NCBI GenBank assembly: GCA_044892525.1
Contig: CM097885.1
Coordinates: 14,696,001-14,760,000 of the forward strand
Direction of reading: 5' to 3'
Origin: Schmidtea polychroa
Lineage: Eukaryota
Length of the DNA stretch: 64,000 nt
Translations under genes and position numbers: made by a program
The notes under the pieces: model-generated
The model's input: only the letters and a program-made list of their open reading frames with translations
Database searches by the model: none
Told to the model about the DNA's origin: nothing
Shown here: positions 63,119 through 64,000 of the stretch, piece by piece
How positions within the stretch are numbered: the stretch's first letter is position 1
How the letters are laid out: each line of letters opens with the position of its first letter

Positions 63119-64000
63119 TATATAGGAAGAACAATAAACAGGCGAATAAAATTAAAATAAATATAAATTATCTAAAATTTTATTATTTAAAAAAATAGAA
63201 TTTCTTAAATTTAATTATTCCGTAATTAATCTGGAAATAATAATAACATATTATTTAAAAGTAGCATTAACAACAAAACTAATTATAATACAATTAAAAA
63301 TTATTTTAAAAAAATATCAATTATCTAAAATTTTATTAATTTCAAAAAATCGATTTTTTAAAATTTAATTAATTTAAAAAATAAATTTCTAAAATATCTA
63401 TTAAAAATAATTATATATTATTAATTTGAAAAATCTAAAGAGAAAATTTATCATTCAATACAAGAAATTTGCAAGACAAACCATTCTAATAGATATATAA
63501 GATGAGACTATTGAGACAGAAACATTTTAAAAGGCGGAACAATAAACAGAGGCGTATAAAATTAATATAAAAACCTTTTTCTGACAAATATTAAAATCAA
63601 TCATTAATTTTGATAGAATTTGTTAAATTTTTTATTTTAATCATTCTATTTTTCAGATAAATTTTTAATTGACCTTGGGATATTTCAAACTATTGAATTT
63701 CTAGATACTTAATCGTTTTCACACTTTAACCAGAATTCCACCACTTTTTTATTTACTATATTTCCTAAAAATATTTATTACTAGGTTCATATATTACAGA
63801 GAAAATTATTCTTTCATATTTTACTTAAAATGAAAGGTAACTAATGGTATGTTGAAGGATATTGACTTCCGATTAATTATGTGGTAGCCATTTAACAATT
63901 CTTCTATTTCCCCCAAAACTGACAATCATTTAGCAATATTTGATCAGCGATATCTCATATCGACTTTCGAAACCTTTCATAAAAAACGCTAGTAGCCATT

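Overview
Very AT-rich eukaryotic DNA, probably from an invertebrate animal. RPS27 has the animal-type MP|LA intron and host introns are 44-51 nt; a flatworm such as a planarian is plausible but cannot be proven from the sequence. The window is mostly nested mobile elements. The centrepiece (~17.9/18.7-36.66 kb) is a recently decaying Maverick/Polinton (adintovirus-like endogenous virus) with packaging ATPase, pX-like core protein, chromodomain integrase, minor capsid, pVI-like protein, major capsid and adenain protease. Unusually, it carries TWO diverged protein-primed PolB genes bracketing the virion module, its own TATA-binding-protein-like gene, host-sized spliceosomal introns (one made almost entirely of an ATT microsatellite at the integrase active site), and an internal repeat array rich in AGGTCA and TTACGTAA motifs. 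Its right end abuts a Ty3/Gypsy integrase whose element carries extra ORFs: a signal/FN3/mucin-like protein and a degenerate REX4/ISG20-like exonuclease. A second, young Gypsy with 115-bp AGTTA..TAACT LTRs and a classic -1 frameshift signal is nested downstream. Also present: two more Maverick relics, piggyBac and hAT elements and MITEs with identifiable TSDs, a decayed Gypsy pol, host RPS12 and RPS27, and a 3-exon gene of unknown function. All identifications come from motif recognition by eye; no database searches were run.
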